Positions 28,446 to 38,483 of a DNA stretch of 64,000 nucleotides are shown one piece after another (the first letter of the stretch is position 1; the number at the start of each line of letters is the position of its first letter). This DNA is from an uncultured Mucilaginibacter sp. (GTDB lineage: Bacteria; Bacteroidota; Bacteroidia; Sphingobacteriales; Sphingobacteriaceae). The stretch lies in assembly GCA_964242385.1 (NCBI GenBank), contig CAXSZR010000001.1, positions 1,315,214-1,379,213 on the forward strand. The letters run 5' to 3'. The position numbers were made by a program, and so were the translations under genes. Under the pieces are notes generated by a model. The model saw only the letters and a program-made list of their open reading frames with translations, was not told where the DNA came from and ran no database searches.

Positions 28446-29390
28446 TTATTTTAAGATCACTTTTGTGGCACCATAGCCAAATTTTTCCTTTCGGGCATCC
28501 ATAAAGGTTTGCACTTTTTGGTGTTTACCAAGCGTTTTATGAATTTCGTTTTTGAGCGTTCCATTACCGGCACCATGAATAAAAACAACCTCTGGCAGTT
28601 GATGCACAATAGCAGCATCAAGCATTTTGTGAAAGTAAGCAAGCTGTGCTGCTAATATGTCCTGCGGATTTAAAAACTGGTAATCGTTACGAATCTTTTC
28701 TATATGCAGATCAATTTCCTTTGCAGGTTTATCAATCACAACTTTTTCTTCTGCTGTTTTAAAAAAGCTTTCCTTTAGTTTTTGTGCGTCTATTTTAACC
28801 TCAGGTTCATCGAGCCTTATAAGCCATCCCTGCTGGTTTATAACAGGCAATTGCTTTTTCGTACCGGAAAAATCTTTTGCTTTAAACTTTTCATTTACCA
28901 CCAAGGGTATTGGCGGCCGGGCGTTCTGCGGGGTAAAATATATCAGGTGAAAAATAAATTCAGGCCATAGCTGCAGGTCGGCCAACTGAGCAGAATACAC
29001 CTGGACGGATGACTTAGGTTTTACTATACCGTTAAATTCCCCTTTAAATACGCTTTGTTTATTGGTGCTCAACACCGCCAATAGCTGAAAGGAGGTCTCG
29101 TTGATAATATGAAAATGCACAACAGAATTGGCTTTAGCATCATTTACCACGCCTATATAAATGCCGTTTGGTATAAATTCTCCGGTAACGGGGGCCTCAC
29201 TAATTTCATTTCTATTCTTTGCATCGGCAGGTTCATAACCGTGTACAGTAGTAACTTTGCTGGCAAGTACCGGTATCTCAAATTCGTCTTCGCCCGTAAC
29301 TCCTATCATTTGGTCGTCTATGATACGGGTAACAAAGCCCTCCATTTTCTCGTCCACAAACCGCACAAAATCACCTAATTTATATTTCAT
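28446..29390 (-). CDS. DUF2027/Smr-MutS2 domain protein
   Basis: KLGDFVRFVDE N-terminus, EIDLHIE, FIHGAGNGTLK Smr motif. Confidence 0.85.
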   Translation of the reverse strand: MKYKLGDFVRFVDEKMEGFVTRIIDDQMIGVTGEDEFEIPVLASKVTTVHGYEPADAKNRNEISEAPVTGEFIPNGIYIGVVNDAKANSVVHFHIINETSFQLLAVLSTNKQSVFKGEFNGIVKPKSSVQVYSAQLADLQLWPEFIFHLIYFTPQNARPPIPLVVNEKFKAKDFSGTKKQLPVINQQGWLIRLDEPEVKIDAQKLKESFFKTAEEKVVIDKPAKEIDLHIEKIRNDYQFLNPQDILAAQLAYFHKMLDAAIVHQLPEVVFIHGAGNGTLKNEIHKTLGKHQKVQTFMDARKEKFGYGATKVILK

Positions 29391-29464
29391 AACATTAAAA
29401 AATCTAATCTTAAGAGCCTGTATACAAGCGTAAACGGCCTTTCAACAATAAAATATCCGCAAAC

Positions 29465-29495
29465 AAAAAAGCCACCCGCCCCAAGGCGAATGGCT
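29465..29495 (-). terminator. Orphan intrinsic terminator
   Basis: Minus strand AGCCAUUCGCC-UUGG-GGCGGGUGGCU-UUUUU. Fully paired, using G-U pairs, only on this strand. Confidence 0.65.
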
Positions 29496-29734
29496 ACAAA
29501 TTAGTTATTTAATACCCCTATTAAAATAACTAATGCAAATTAAAACAATATTTACGTGAGTACAAATAGCGAAAAGTAATTTTTTTACAAAATTTTTTTG
29601 ATTAGAATTTCATTAGAAAATTTTTAATCGCTACATCAAAAATAAACAATGTTGCGGTTACTGTATGTATCAATTTGTTTACAGCGTTACACAATTTTTT
29701 TAAATTGCGGCTTATTGTAAAATTTAACAAACTG

Positions 29735-31609
29735 ATGTATAAATCAATCATCCTATCTGCCTTTTCTTGTCTATTTCTATGGCAGGCACAGGCGCAAGAC
29801 CTTTATGTGCCGCGCGATATAAAACGCGCTTATAAAAAAGAAACCCGCTCGCCTGACGGTCGCCCAGGTAAAAACTATTGGGAGAACCATGGCCATTATA
29901 ATATATCTATAACTGCCCTCCCGCCCGACCGTACCGTAAAAGGCACAGAACAGATCACTTACTTTAACAATAGCCCTGATACATTAAAAAGGCTGAACAT
30001 GAAGCTGATCTTAAACATTCATCGCCCGGGTGCGGCACGTTACAGCCCCGCTGGCGCCGATTATTTAACACCTGGCGTACAAGTAGATGCCTTTAACGCA
30101 AACGGCACCACCGTAGACTGGAATAATAAATCGGCAGAGTCAACTAACCAAATGGTTAAGTTACCAAAACCGCTAATGCCACATGATTCGGTAAAGCTGG
30201 ATATTGCCTGGCACTTTGAAGTATCTAAACAAAGCGGCCGTGAAGGTATGATAGATTCTACCACTTACTATCTGGCTTATTTTTATCCCCGCGTTTCTGT
30301 TTATGACGATTATAACGGCTGGGACACCTTACCGTTTTTAGACGCGCAGGAATTTTATAACGACTTTAATGATTATACGCTTAGCGTAACTGCTCCTAAA
30401 AACTATATAGTTTGGGCAACCGGTACCTTGCAAAATGCAAAAGAAGTTTTGCAGCCCGAATACTACAACAGGCTACAGCAATCATTTACCAGCGACTCTA
30501 CCATTCACGTTGCAACAGCTAAAGACCTTGCTGATAAAAACATAACAGCGCAAAATACCACCAATACCTGGGTTTGGAAAGCAACTAACATAAGCGATAT
30601 GGCGGTTGGCATAAGCGACCATTATGATTGGGATGCTGCCAGTGTAATTGTAGACGATGCCACCCATCGCCGGGCAAGCATGCAGTCTGCCTTTGCAGAT
30701 AATTCTGCCGATTTTCATAATGCCGTACAAGCAGGCCGTAATTCATTAAGCTGGCTGTCACACAACTGGCCTGGCGTGCCTTATCCATTCCCTAAAATGA
30801 CCTCGTTCCAGGGTTTTGCAGATATGGAATACCCAATGATGGTGAACGATAGCCATACAGATGATATCCGCTTTTCGCAGTTTGTGCAGGACCACGAAAT
30901 TGCACATACTTATTTCCCATTTTATATGGGTATAAATGAAAGCCGTTATGCCTTTATGGACGAGGGATGGGCAACTACCTTTGAGCGTTTAATAGGAACA
31001 TCGGAAGTTGGTGCAGAAAAAGCCGATAACCTTTACAAACAGTTCCGTATAAACCGGTGGATCCACCATGCATCTACGGCTGAAGATCTGCCGATCATTA
31101 CCCCATCAAGCGAATTAAGGGAAGGTTATGGAAATAACTCTTATGGCAAACCTTCGTTAAGCTATTTCGCTTTAAAAGATATGCTTGGCGATGAGCTGTT
31201 TAAAAAAGCGCTGCATACTTATATGGACAACTGGAATGGTAAGCATCCCATTCCGTGGGATTATTTTAATTCGATGAATACAGGATCTGGTAAAAACTTA
31301 AACTGGTTTTTTAACAACTGGTTCTTCACTAACTATTACATCGATCTTAACCTTCAAAAAGCTGTAAAAGCCGATGGTGCTTACAGGCTTGCCATACAAA
31401 ATATTGGTGGTTTTGCCGTTCCGTTTGATGTTAACGTAACTTATACAGATGGCACCAGCCAGAGCTTTCACCAAACACCTGTTGTTTGGCAGTACAATCA
31501 GAAAGAGATCAGCGTAAATATCAAAACAACAAAAACAATAAAATCTATTGTGCTTGACGGAGGCATTTTTATGGATGCAGACGAAAGCAATAACAAGATC
31601 ACACTTTAA
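29735..31609 (+). CDS. M1 family metallopeptidase
   Basis: MEYPM, HEIAH-x18-E (MDEG); signal peptide from ATG 29735. Confidence 0.92.
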   Translation: MYKSIILSAFSCLFLWQAQAQDLYVPRDIKRAYKKETRSPDGRPGKNYWENHGHYNISITALPPDRTVKGTEQITYFNNSPDTLKRLNMKLILNIHRPGAARYSPAGADYLTPGVQVDAFNANGTTVDWNNKSAESTNQMVKLPKPLMPHDSVKLDIAWHFEVSKQSGREGMIDSTTYYLAYFYPRVSVYDDYNGWDTLPFLDAQEFYNDFNDYTLSVTAPKNYIVWATGTLQNAKEVLQPEYYNRLQQSFTSDSTIHVATAKDLADKNITAQNTTNTWVWKATNISDMAVGISDHYDWDAASVIVDDATHRRASMQSAFADNSADFHNAVQAGRNSLSWLSHNWPGVPYPFPKMTSFQGFADMEYPMMVNDSHTDDIRFSQFVQDHEIAHTYFPFYMGINESRYAFMDEGWATTFERLIGTSEVGAEKADNLYKQFRINRWIHHASTAEDLPIITPSSELREGYGNNSYGKPSLSYFALKDMLGDELFKKALHTYMDNWNGKHPIPWDYFNSMNTGSGKNLNWFFNNWFFTNYYIDLNLQKAVKADGAYRLAIQNIGGFAVPFDVNVTYTDGTSQSFHQTPVVWQYNQKEISVNIKTTKTIKSIVLDGGIFMDADESNNKITL

Positions 31610-31627
31610 GCTATCGGCATTTAAAAC

Positions 31628-31667
31628 AAAACGGGCTGTTTCAACTCAATGAAACAGCCCGTTTTTT
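31628..31667. terminator. Bidirectional terminator
   Basis: 16-bp perfect stem AAAACGGGCTGTTTCA/TGAAACAGCCCGTTTT. Confidence 0.8.
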
Positions 31668-31685
31668 ATATTAAAGCTTTTACGC

Positions 31686-32072
31686 TTATGAATTTTGAAC
31701 TGAATGATTTAAGTCAGCTGCGCCGTTTTTAAACTTAGCTTTAGCTTCGTCAACTTTATCCTGGGCAAGATCCTTGTATTCTCCTGCTTTTGAACGTGCT
31801 GCGTCAACCGCTGCATCTTTGTATTCAGAAACGTTGCCGGCAAAATCGTTGATCTTTGACTTAGCGTTTTCGTAAACGTTATTGCCATAATCTTTAATGT
31901 TGCTGCCTGCCGACTGCGCTTTGTCTTTTGCGGCTTCAACTAAATCGTTAATATAATCTGCAATACCGTCTCTTACGGTTTCGCCTTTTTCCGGAGCAAG
32001 CAATAAACCTAATGCCGCACCCGCCGCTGCACCGATTAAAAGTGCTGCTATAACTCTTGTCTGGTCTTTCAT
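31686..32072 (-). CDS. YtxH domain general-stress protein
   Basis: LLIGAAAGAALGLLLAPEKG followed by LEA-like helical repeats. Confidence 0.88.
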   Translation of the reverse strand: MKDQTRVIAALLIGAAAGAALGLLLAPEKGETVRDGIADYINDLVEAAKDKAQSAGSNIKDYGNNVYENAKSKINDFAGNVSEYKDAAVDAARSKAGEYKDLAQDKVDEAKAKFKNGAADLNHSVQNS

Positions 32073-32188
32073 GTTTTTAATGGTTTTAATAGATAGCTTA
32101 CTATTATTTTCGTATTTGTAACAACAACAATGCCAGTCGATATAAGTTTTTATTAATTTAAGCTAATACAATTTAAAGGCTGCAAAAC

Positions 32189-32220
32189 AAAAAAGGCATC
32201 TGGTTTGAACCAGATGCCTT
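32189..32220 (-). terminator. Terminator of the cold-shock gene
   Basis: AAGGCATCTGGTT/AACCAGATGCCTT stem with a minus-strand U tract. Confidence 0.75.
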
Positions 32221-32244
32221 GCAAGTCTTAATGAATTATATTAA

Positions 32245-32436
32245 TTATATAACTTTCACGTTTACTGCGTTTAAGCCTTTTCTTCCGTTTTCAACTTCGA
32301 ATTCTACGTTGTCTTTTTCGCGGATTTCATCGATAAGGCCTGTTGAATGAACAAATACATCCTGGCCGCCTCCGTTTGGAGTGATAAAGCCAAAACCCTT
32401 TGTTTCATTAAAAAATTTTACTGTTCCTTTTTGCAT
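32245..32436 (-). CDS. csp: Cold-shock protein
   Basis: GTVKFFNETKGFGFI (RNP1), VFVH (RNP2), GLNAVNV. Start ATG 32436. Confidence 0.95.
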   Translation of the reverse strand: MQKGTVKFFNETKGFGFITPNGGGQDVFVHSTGLIDEIREKDNVEFEVENGRKGLNAVNVKVI

Positions 32437-32568
32437 TATATTGTTATTAAAGAGCGCAAGGTATGCATAATAATCCGCATAAAACAATATTTAATAATTT
32501 AATTACAGAGAAAACCAGAACAAATCGCGGCGTATTATTATGTTTGAGCACTATAATTAATAATTAAA

Positions 32569-32934
32569 ATGAAACGATTTTTAATATTGTCTTTTGTACT
32601 TAGCGGCATTATAAGTACCCAAGCACTTTGCCAAACCACTATTTCTGCCAAAGACGCAGCGAAGCATTTGAATGAAAAAGTTACTGTTTGTGATACCCTT
32701 TACGGCGGTAAATTTTTAAGCGGGGCAGATATTACATTACTTGATATGGGCGGGAGCCATCCGAACGAATTATTGACCCTGATAATAAAAGGAGAAGACC
32801 GTAAAAAATTTAAAACCGCGCCCGAAGAGGCCTTTAAGCACAAAAAGATCTGTGTAAGCGGCCAGTTGATTGACTATAAAGGCAAACCTGAAATGGTGAT
32901 AACCGACCCTGATCAGATTAAAGAAAGTAATTAG
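32569..32934 (+). CDS. Exported OB-fold-like protein
   Basis: Signal peptide; KVTVCDTLYGG...TLLDMGGSHPNELLTLII...YKGKPEMVI pattern. Confidence 0.65.
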   Translation: MKRFLILSFVLSGIISTQALCQTTISAKDAAKHLNEKVTVCDTLYGGKFLSGADITLLDMGGSHPNELLTLIIKGEDRKKFKTAPEEAFKHKKICVSGQLIDYKGKPEMVITDPDQIKESN

Positions 32935-32942
32935 AAAAAAAC

Positions 32943-32975
32943 AAAAAACAAGCCCGTTAGCAGTGCTAACGGGCT
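32943..32975 (-). terminator. Intrinsic terminator with U tract on the minus strand (orphan)
   Basis: AGCCCGTTAGCA/TGCTAACGGGCT stem. T-run only on the minus strand. Confidence 0.6.
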
Positions 32976-33173
32976 CCCAAACGTAGCCGTTCTATTCACA
33001 CACAATCCATCACATTTGCTACGCCCAGCCAAACTAATATCTATTCCCCCAACATTAATTAATACTGTTGCCGTTATCATATTTACGTAACAGTTTTGCC
33101 TTCGGTTTTATTAAACTTTATTTTAAAATGTACATTTGGCCACCGGGTTTGCAGTACCCATTAATTTAAAAAA

Positions 33174-33827
33174 ATGAAGGCTTTTATATTCGATTTAAAC
33201 GGGACTATGGTGAACGACATGGAATACCATGCAAGAGGTTGGAGATATTTATTGAATAACGAACTTGGCGGCAACTTCACAGCAGCAGAAGTAAAGCAGC
33301 AGATGTACGGCAAAAACCCAGAGGTGTTGGTAAGAATGTTTGGACCAGACAGGTTTACGCTCGAAGAAATGAACGCCCTCGGCCTGGAAAAAGAAAAACG
33401 CTACCAGGAAGAATTCCTTCCTTACCTGCAGTTGGTACCAGGCTTGGCAGATTTTTTAGAAAAAGCTTATCAGAAAGGCATCCCGATGGCAATAGGATCG
33501 GCAGCCATTCCTTTTAACATAGATTTTGTGTTGGACAACCTTAACATAAGGCATTATTTTAAAGTGATCATCAGCGCTGATGATGTAATACTTAGCAAAC
33601 CCAATCCCGAAACTTTTTTAAAAGCGGCACAAGAATTAGGTTTTGCACCGGCCGATTGCGTTGTTTTTGAAGACGTGCCTAAAGGAGCAGAAGCTGCTAT
33701 GAACGCAGATATGGACGCTGTTATTCTTACAACCACTCACCAAGCCGATGAATTTAAAGGCTACCCAAATGTATTGCGCTGCGTTACCGATTTTAACGAC
33801 GCTTTTGTTAAAGACTTACTGGCCTGA
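33174..33827 (+). CDS. HAD-family phosphatase (beta-PGM-like)
   Basis: FDLNGT, IGSAA, KPNP, VFED. TACATTTG box at 33131-33138. Confidence 0.9.
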   Translation: MKAFIFDLNGTMVNDMEYHARGWRYLLNNELGGNFTAAEVKQQMYGKNPEVLVRMFGPDRFTLEEMNALGLEKEKRYQEEFLPYLQLVPGLADFLEKAYQKGIPMAIGSAAIPFNIDFVLDNLNIRHYFKVIISADDVILSKPNPETFLKAAQELGFAPADCVVFEDVPKGAEAAMNADMDAVILTTTHQADEFKGYPNVLRCVTDFNDAFVKDLLA

Positions 33828-33850
33828 TGCCATGAAAGCGGCTGATCAAA

Positions 33851-35032
33851 TCAATCTTCAGAATAAACGCTTTCAACGCCATCGCGAAGGTTATAGTGCG
33901 AAGCCATTACCTCGCCGTAAGCGCCGGCCGTCCTAACTGCTATCAGATCACCCCTGAACGATTGCGGAAGTTTTACATCCTGCTGGAAACAATCCGTGCT
34001 TTCACATATTGGGCCAACAACATCATAAAGAAGGGAATCGGAAGCAGTTTCTTCAGCTGTTTCTGGCGTATGAAGCCTGCTTACGTTTTCAATTTTATGA
34101 TAAGCCTGGTAAAGCATCGGGCGTATCAGCTCGGTCATCCCTGCATCTAAGATCAGGAAATTCTTTTTTAAGCCGTTCTTTACATACAGCACCCTTGATA
34201 TTAACGAAGCGCTTTGTGCTACCATTGCCCGGCCAAGTTCAAAATGAACCTCCTGCCCCGGTTTCACATTTAAATATTCGCTGAAAATTTTAAAATAATT
34301 TTCAAAATCGGCCACGGTATTGGTATCCGGCTGGCGGTAATCTACACCAAGGCCGCCGCCTGCATTTAATATTTTTACTTCAAAACCTTCATTGTTAAAC
34401 CAATCCTGCATTTCGTTAATGCGAACGCAAAGCTGTTTATACACATCCAGGTCTGTAATCTGCGAACCTATATGAAAATGAATACCTAAAAAATTAAGGC
34501 TATCGCAGTCGCGCAAAGCTTTGGCAACATCCGGCAATTGCCAGGTATTGATCCCGAATTTATTTTCATCAAGCCCGGTAGTAATAAAATGATGCGTATT
34601 GGCATCTACGTTAGGATTGATCCTGATGGCAACTCCTGCCCTTTTGTTTTTCGCCTTTGCAAGGTCATTGATAATGTGCAGTTCCTGTACAGATTCTACG
34701 TTAAAGCAAAATATATCTGCATCCAAAGCAGCATTTATTTCCTTATCAGATTTGCCAACGCCTGCAAAAACTACCTTGCCTTTATTAAAACCGTGCTTAA
34801 CAGCTGCCTTTACCTCATTACCGCTTACGCAATCTGCACCAAACCCGTACGACTGGATAATATCCAGCACTTTTGGATTAAAATTGGCCTTCATGGCATA
34901 ATGCACATGGAAACCATAGTTTAAGGATGCTGCCTGGCATGCATCCAGTGTCTGGCGTAAAACGTTAAGATTGTAATAGTAGAACGGTGTTTCGAGGGTT
35001 TGAAACCTGCTGATCTCGGCTGGGTTGAACAT
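33851..35032 (-). CDS. lysA: Diaminopimelate decarboxylase
   Basis: YAMKAN PLP lysine, HFHIGSQ, GGGLG, ELGR, GPICESTD, GAYG. Confidence 0.95.
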   Translation of the reverse strand: MFNPAEISRFQTLETPFYYYNLNVLRQTLDACQAASLNYGFHVHYAMKANFNPKVLDIIQSYGFGADCVSGNEVKAAVKHGFNKGKVVFAGVGKSDKEINAALDADIFCFNVESVQELHIINDLAKAKNKRAGVAIRINPNVDANTHHFITTGLDENKFGINTWQLPDVAKALRDCDSLNFLGIHFHIGSQITDLDVYKQLCVRINEMQDWFNNEGFEVKILNAGGGLGVDYRQPDTNTVADFENYFKIFSEYLNVKPGQEVHFELGRAMVAQSASLISRVLYVKNGLKKNFLILDAGMTELIRPMLYQAYHKIENVSRLHTPETAEETASDSLLYDVVGPICESTDCFQQDVKLPQSFRGDLIAVRTAGAYGEVMASHYNLRDGVESVYSED

Positions 35033-35285
35033 TAATTTAAGGGCGATTATATCTCGTATTCTTTTGATTTAAACTACAGGTACATTAAGTCCGCTTGCAA
35101 ACCCAAACGCATCTTAATTAACCTTGGGAGGGGCCAAAAATAAGATTTTAAAAACAGAGCCGGGCATTTAGAGGGGATTTTTTTATGGCAGGGTGATGCT
35201 GCTGCATTTAAACATTATCACAAATAATTTACATGCCGCTCCGTTTTGTTAGCCGCTAATTAACTGCCGATTATTAGATTTGGGA

Positions 35286-36683
35286 ATGATAAAACGAATC
35301 TCACCGCTAATACTTATCTTTCTTTATTTAGGATTTGGTGCCAGGGCACAAAGTACACAAAAACAAGTACCGCTATCTACCTTGCAGCAGCAATTTGTAG
35401 ACCTGCGTTTTGGTATGTTTATCCATTTCAACATCCCAACCTACATGAACCAGGACTGGCCCGATCCGGATGCTCCGGCCACACTATTTAATCCAACCAA
35501 ATTGAATTGTGACCAATGGGCAAAAGCGGCAAAATCTGCCAATATGAGTTATGGCTGCTTAACCACAAAGCACCACAGCGGTTTTTGTATTTGGGATACC
35601 AAAACAACAGACTACAACGTAATGAACAGCCCCTTAAAAAAGGACGTAGTAAAAGAATTTACGGATGCTTTCAGAAAAAACGGCCTTAAAGTGATGCTAT
35701 ACTATTCTATATTAGATACGCACCATCGCCTGCGTCCTAATGCCATTAACCGCAAACATATTGAAATGGTAAAAGCGCAATTAACCGAGCTGCTTACCAA
35801 GTACGGCGAGATCTCTGCAATAATTATAGATGGCTGGGATGCTCCGTGGTCACGGATCTCTTACGACGATATCCCTTTTGAAGATATTTATAAGCTGGTA
35901 AAAAGCTTACAGCCAAACTGCGTTTTGATGGACCTTAACGGCGCAAAATACCCTGCCGAAGGCATGTACTATACCGATATCAAAACCTATGAAATGGGTG
36001 CCGGTCAGCGTATTTCAAAAGAGAGTAATCACATGCCTGCTTTAGCCTGTTTGCCTATTAATACAGCCTGGTTCTGGAAAACAAATTTTCCAACCACACC
36101 AGTTAAAGATGCTGCCAAACTGGTAAATGAAACCTTGGTTCCATTGAATAATGCAAGCTGTAATTTTATCCTGAACGTTGCCCCTAACCGCGATGGCCTA
36201 ATTGATGATAACGCGCTTGCTGCTTTAAAAGAGATAGGTAAATTGTGGTATAATGCCGGGCCGGTTAACAAAATACCTGAAGCCGATGCGCCCATTATTT
36301 CATCAAACCTGGCTAAAAAACAAATGTCGAGTTCAAGCTGGAGCGATGACGATAACATTATGGACTTCGCTAATGACGATGATTTTGGCAGTTCATGGAT
36401 ATCTAACAAGACCGTTGATAAGCCATGGTATGAAATTGATTTCGACCGTGAAAAAGCCTTTAACGCGATTGCTGTTGCTGAAGAAAAACCAAACATCAGC
36501 AAATACCGCCTTGAGTATTTTTCTGGCGGTGAATGGAAAACATTGTTTGACGGTGAAAACAGCAAACGGATAAAAGTAAACCGTTTTGACAGGGTTTGGG
36601 GAAGTAAAGTACGGATCTGGATAGATAAATCAGATCACCAGGCTTCCATAGCAGAATTTGGCGTTTACGACGAGCGCAGATAA
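35286..36683 (+). CDS. Alpha-L-fucosidase (GH29) with C-terminal F5/8 (CBM32-like) domain
   Basis: RFGMFIHF, TTKHHSGFCIWD, IIIDGW, LNVAPNRDG. Confidence 0.9.
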   Translation: MIKRISPLILIFLYLGFGARAQSTQKQVPLSTLQQQFVDLRFGMFIHFNIPTYMNQDWPDPDAPATLFNPTKLNCDQWAKAAKSANMSYGCLTTKHHSGFCIWDTKTTDYNVMNSPLKKDVVKEFTDAFRKNGLKVMLYYSILDTHHRLRPNAINRKHIEMVKAQLTELLTKYGEISAIIIDGWDAPWSRISYDDIPFEDIYKLVKSLQPNCVLMDLNGAKYPAEGMYYTDIKTYEMGAGQRISKESNHMPALACLPINTAWFWKTNFPTTPVKDAAKLVNETLVPLNNASCNFILNVAPNRDGLIDDNALAALKEIGKLWYNAGPVNKIPEADAPIISSNLAKKQMSSSSWSDDDNIMDFANDDDFGSSWISNKTVDKPWYEIDFDREKAFNAIAVAEEKPNISKYRLEYFSGGEWKTLFDGENSKRIKVNRFDRVWGSKVRIWIDKSDHQASIAEFGVYDERR

Positions 36684-36688
36684 ATATT

Positions 36689-36719
36689 TATGGGCAGCGT
36701 AGTACTTATGCTGCCCATA
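36689..36719. terminator. Hairpin between convergent genes
   Basis: TATGGGCAGCGTA/TATGCTGCCCATA. Confidence 0.6.
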
Positions 36720-37197
36720 CTTTGTTTTCTACCCTGATCCTTACCGTAAGCATCGCAGCGTTTAGCAGTGTAAACAGAATAGCAGTATAATACAAATGGA
36801 ATACCAGCGGGATGATAGCAATCTCGCAAACCACCTCCATATAATTCGGGTGCCTTAAAAACTTATAAGGCCCTTTTTTTACTGGGTAAACACCCGGAAT
36901 ACGGTATATTTTAGTGTTCCAAAACTTGCCTAACGAAGATAGCGCCCAAAATTTAAAGGAAAGCACCAGGATAAAAAGCACAAGAAATAGCCAGCTAATA
37001 GACGGTTGCCCGCGCAAAATATACTCCGTAATAATAGAAAGTATAAACAGAGTATGTAAAGCGATCATAAACGGGTAATGATCCTGCCCGTATTGTATTG
37101 CCCCTTGTGAAAGCAGCCATTTTTCGTTCCGTCGGGCTATGATCAATTCTGAGATGCGCTGCAGAATAAAAAATATAATGAAAATTAAAAAATACAT
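36706..37197 (-). CDS. Isoprenylcysteine carboxyl methyltransferase family (SrsB/BpsB-like)
   Basis: QRISELIIARRN, LGKFWNTKI, GPYKFLRHPNY, RVENK. Confidence 0.88.
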   Translation of the reverse strand: MYFLIFIIFFILQRISELIIARRNEKWLLSQGAIQYGQDHYPFMIALHTLFILSIITEYILRGQPSISWLFLVLFILVLSFKFWALSSLGKFWNTKIYRIPGVYPVKKGPYKFLRHPNYMEVVCEIAIIPLVFHLYYTAILFTLLNAAMLTVRIRVENKVWAA

Positions 37198-37239
37198 TGC
37201 GATATGATAATTGGTTTATTTAGATAAGCCTTTAAATAA

Positions 37240-38292
37240 TTAAGCCATTTCCAGCAATACCATTTCGCTCGAGAAACCCGGGCCCATAGCGAGCATTAAT
37301 CCATAACCGGGTTCAAAGCCATCCTTCATAAATCTCTCAAGCACATATAGAACAGTCGCGCTCGACATGTTGCCATTATCGTTCATTACCTCGCGCGTTC
37401 TTTTTAAAAAATCGCCCTCTACTGCTAAAGCACCTTTGTAAGCGTCCAAAACCTTTTTGCCGCCCGGGTGGAAAATGAAGTTTTTAATATCGCTCAATTG
37501 CAGGTCGTTCTTTGCCAAAAAGGCGTCGATGTCTCCCTTAATATGTTCATTGATAAAAGACGGTATATCTTTAGAGAAGAGCACTTTAAAACCGGTGTCC
37601 ATAAAATCCCAGCCCATCACCTCCAGCGAGTCGTAATATAACTTGCTGCTGGATGTTTTGTAGCTTACGCCTGTTTTATTCTCATGGTTATCGCCTTTAA
37701 TAATACAAGCCGCAACCCCATCCGAAAAAAGGCTGGATCCTATAAAATTACTTTTACTGTAATCGTTCTTTATCAGTGTAAGCGAACATAATTCAACAGC
37801 AACCAATAAAACTACCGCATCGGGATTTGCTTTGGCAGCCATGTTAGCTTTAGCCATACCAGAAACGCCGCCTCCGCATCCTAAGCCCCATGCCGTCATC
37901 CGGTTAATGTGCTGATTAAGGCGCATTTTATTCACAATAAGCGCATCTAAACTTGGCGTAGCCAAACCGGTTGTTGATACAAACAGCAGATCGGTAATTT
38001 CTTCTTTATTGATTCCCGCTTTTGCAATGGCCTCTTCAGCTGCCTGTACAGAATAATTTAAAGCGGTTTGTATGTATTCGTTATTGCGCTGTTCAAATGT
38101 GTTTGATTCTGCATAATAACTGAGTGGTTTACAAAAGTTCCTGGTGATGATCTCGGTATTATCAAACGCAAAAATAAGACGGTTTGCCTCCGGAAAGTTA
38201 TCCGAAAACATATTAAGTACTTGTTCTTTAACTTCTTGCTGATCTATTTTATTTGGAAAGTCTACTTTTGCAACAGAGGCGATAAATGGCAT
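37240..38292 (-). CDS. Type III polyketide synthase (SrsA/BpsA-like)
   Basis: GLGCGGG catalytic Cys, HPGG His, GNMSS Asn, MGPGFS. Confidence 0.93.
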   Translation of the reverse strand: MPFIASVAKVDFPNKIDQQEVKEQVLNMFSDNFPEANRLIFAFDNTEIITRNFCKPLSYYAESNTFEQRNNEYIQTALNYSVQAAEEAIAKAGINKEEITDLLFVSTTGLATPSLDALIVNKMRLNQHINRMTAWGLGCGGGVSGMAKANMAAKANPDAVVLLVAVELCSLTLIKNDYSKSNFIGSSLFSDGVAACIIKGDNHENKTGVSYKTSSSKLYYDSLEVMGWDFMDTGFKVLFSKDIPSFINEHIKGDIDAFLAKNDLQLSDIKNFIFHPGGKKVLDAYKGALAVEGDFLKRTREVMNDNGNMSSATVLYVLERFMKDGFEPGYGLMLAMGPGFSSEMVLLEMA

Positions 38293-38483
38293 ATTTTTTT
38301 ATTTACAGTTACGTATCCATTAATGTGCCAGTTGCTTAATAAGCCAAATTTATTAACCTACCGGATACCTTAGCCTGACGCCCTTAAAGATAGAACAATT
38401 TAAACACTATACAAGCAGCTCAGCGTAACGTTGCGCTTACGTAAGTTAAAACGCTTTGCTGCCTGTATATATTCTGTCTGTAT

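Noticed and set aside
35033-35145. Possible lysine riboswitch in the lysA leader
   Set aside because: The leader after the TATTTTTG box (35135-35142) is about 95 nt, too short, and lacks recognisable L-box motifs. Only a weak hairpin is present.
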